64,000 nt of DNA from Phycisphaerae bacterium (lineage in GTDB: Bacteria; Planctomycetota; Phycisphaerae; UBA1845), in NCBI GenBank assembly GCA_963667855.2, contig CAXXKI010000002.1, forward strand, positions 8,828 to 72,827, written 5' to 3'. Positions 63,634-64,000 of this stretch are shown one piece after another (position 1 is the first letter of the stretch; every line of letters begins with the position of its first letter). Under the pieces are notes generated by a model. That model had not been told where the DNA came from and made no database searches. It saw only the letters and a list, made by a program, of their open reading frames with translations. Made by a program: the position numbers and the translations under genes.

Positions 63634-64000
63634 ATGCCCGCAGACGTAATAGATTACGAACTACTCGGCGACGACATGCAGATGGTCGTCATAACTCTCG
63701 ACCCGCAGGAGGCCGTCCTCGCCGAAGCCGGGGCCATGTGCTACATGAGTTCCGGCATCGAAATGGACACCAGATTGGACCCACACGGCAATAGTGGTTT
63801 TTTAGGTTCCCTGTTCAAGGCCGGAAAAAGAATGCTCACCGGCGAAAGCTTCTTCATCACCACCTTTACCTGTACCTCCAACCAGCAGGAAGAAGTAGCC
63901 TTCGCCGCACCGTACCCGGGAAAAATCATCCCCTTCGATCTTTCCGAATATGGTGGAACCATAATGTGCCAGAAGGACGCCTACCTCTGCTCCGCCCGCG
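63634..64000 (+). CDS. TIGR00266/AIM24-family protein (DUF124). The 3' end is truncated by the window edge.
   Basis: GGAAGGAGG RBS, then MPADVIDYELLGDDMQMVVITLDPQEAVLAEAGAMCYMSSGIEMDT...KRMLTGESFFITTFT...EVAFAAPYPGKIIPFDL. Not in the ORF track because it runs off the window. Confidence 0.75.
   Translation, partial: MPADVIDYELLGDDMQMVVITLDPQEAVLAEAGAMCYMSSGIEMDTRLDPHGNSGFLGSLFKAGKRMLTGESFFITTFTCTSNQQEEVAFAAPYPGKIIPFDLSEYGGTIMCQKDAYLCSAR

Noticed and set aside
1-64000. Mobile genetic element, prophage or integrative island boundaries, tRNA and rRNA genes.
   Set aside because: No transposase, integrase, recombinase, phage structural or conjugation genes appear in any frame. I saw no T-loop-like GGTTCGAATCC-type sequences in the spacers I inspected. 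The only signs of mobility are the short hairpin repeat families reported above.

Overview
This 64-kb segment is chromosomal and gene-dense, with no rRNA, tRNA, CRISPR, transposase, integrase or phage genes that I could find. A DUF1559/H-X9-DG prepilin-type pseudopilin, a PEP-CTERM HAF-repeat protein, several zinc-ribbon membrane proteins and long non-coding spacers point to a PVC-superphylum bacterium (Planctomycetota/Phycisphaerae-, Lentisphaerota- or Kiritimatiellota-like). That placement is inference only. Gene content suggests an anaerobe.

Main blocks, in order:
1. 1-2.8 kb: a PBP4-like gene and a D-aminoacylase-like gene, each broken by several single-base insertions.
2. 2.8-3.4 kb: a tandem array of 219-232 bp units built around a long hairpin.
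3. 3.4-9.3 kb (minus strand): a cell-wall remodelling operon with an NlpC/P60 hydrolase, SpmA/SpmB-like proteins, an intact PBP4, and a membrane protein whose zinc-ribbon tail is cut off by an in-frame TAG.
4. 9.7-13 kb: a pseudopilin and a PEP-CTERM protein.
5. 13.2-16.2 kb: pntAA-pntAB-pntB transhydrogenase.
6. 16.3-18.8 kb: a hybrid histidine kinase.
7. 19.2-22.8 kb: oleB-oleC-oleD olefin/beta-lactone genes with no adjacent oleA.
8. 24-38.3 kb: a 10-gene selenium-dependent molybdenum hydroxylase (purine/pyrimidine catabolism) cluster of the E. coli yqeB-yqeC-mocA-ssnA-ygfM-xdhD type, with a PreT/PreA pair.
9. 38.6-41 kb: a HEAT-like gene flanked by a 209-bp direct duplication of its own 3' end.
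10. 41.1-44.4 kb: an operon of a metallophosphoesterase, a stand-alone Clp_N protein, a coiled-coil protein and a membrane protein.
11. 44.5-48.6 kb (AT-rich): a double-zinc-ribbon membrane protein, an operon of a radical-SAM/SPASM enzyme, a small TM protein and a signal peptidase I, and a wHTH-PD-(D/E)xK protein.
12. 48.7-64 kb: PAP2 phosphatase, PilZ-REC-Hpt-like protein, GT2, YhhQ-like transporter, DinG-like helicase, a large secreted trypsin-like protease, a DAACS symporter, two more tandem zinc-ribbon membrane paralogues in a low-GC islet, an MFS transporter and a partial AIM24/TIGR00266 gene.

Most worth follow-up: the selenium-dependent hydroxylase cluster and its repeat-laden spacers, the rSAM/SPASM-TM-SPase operon, the zinc-ribbon membrane family, the hairpin repeat family, oleBCD without oleA, and the cluster of frameshifts.

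All calls rest on motif recognition by eye. No database search was run.
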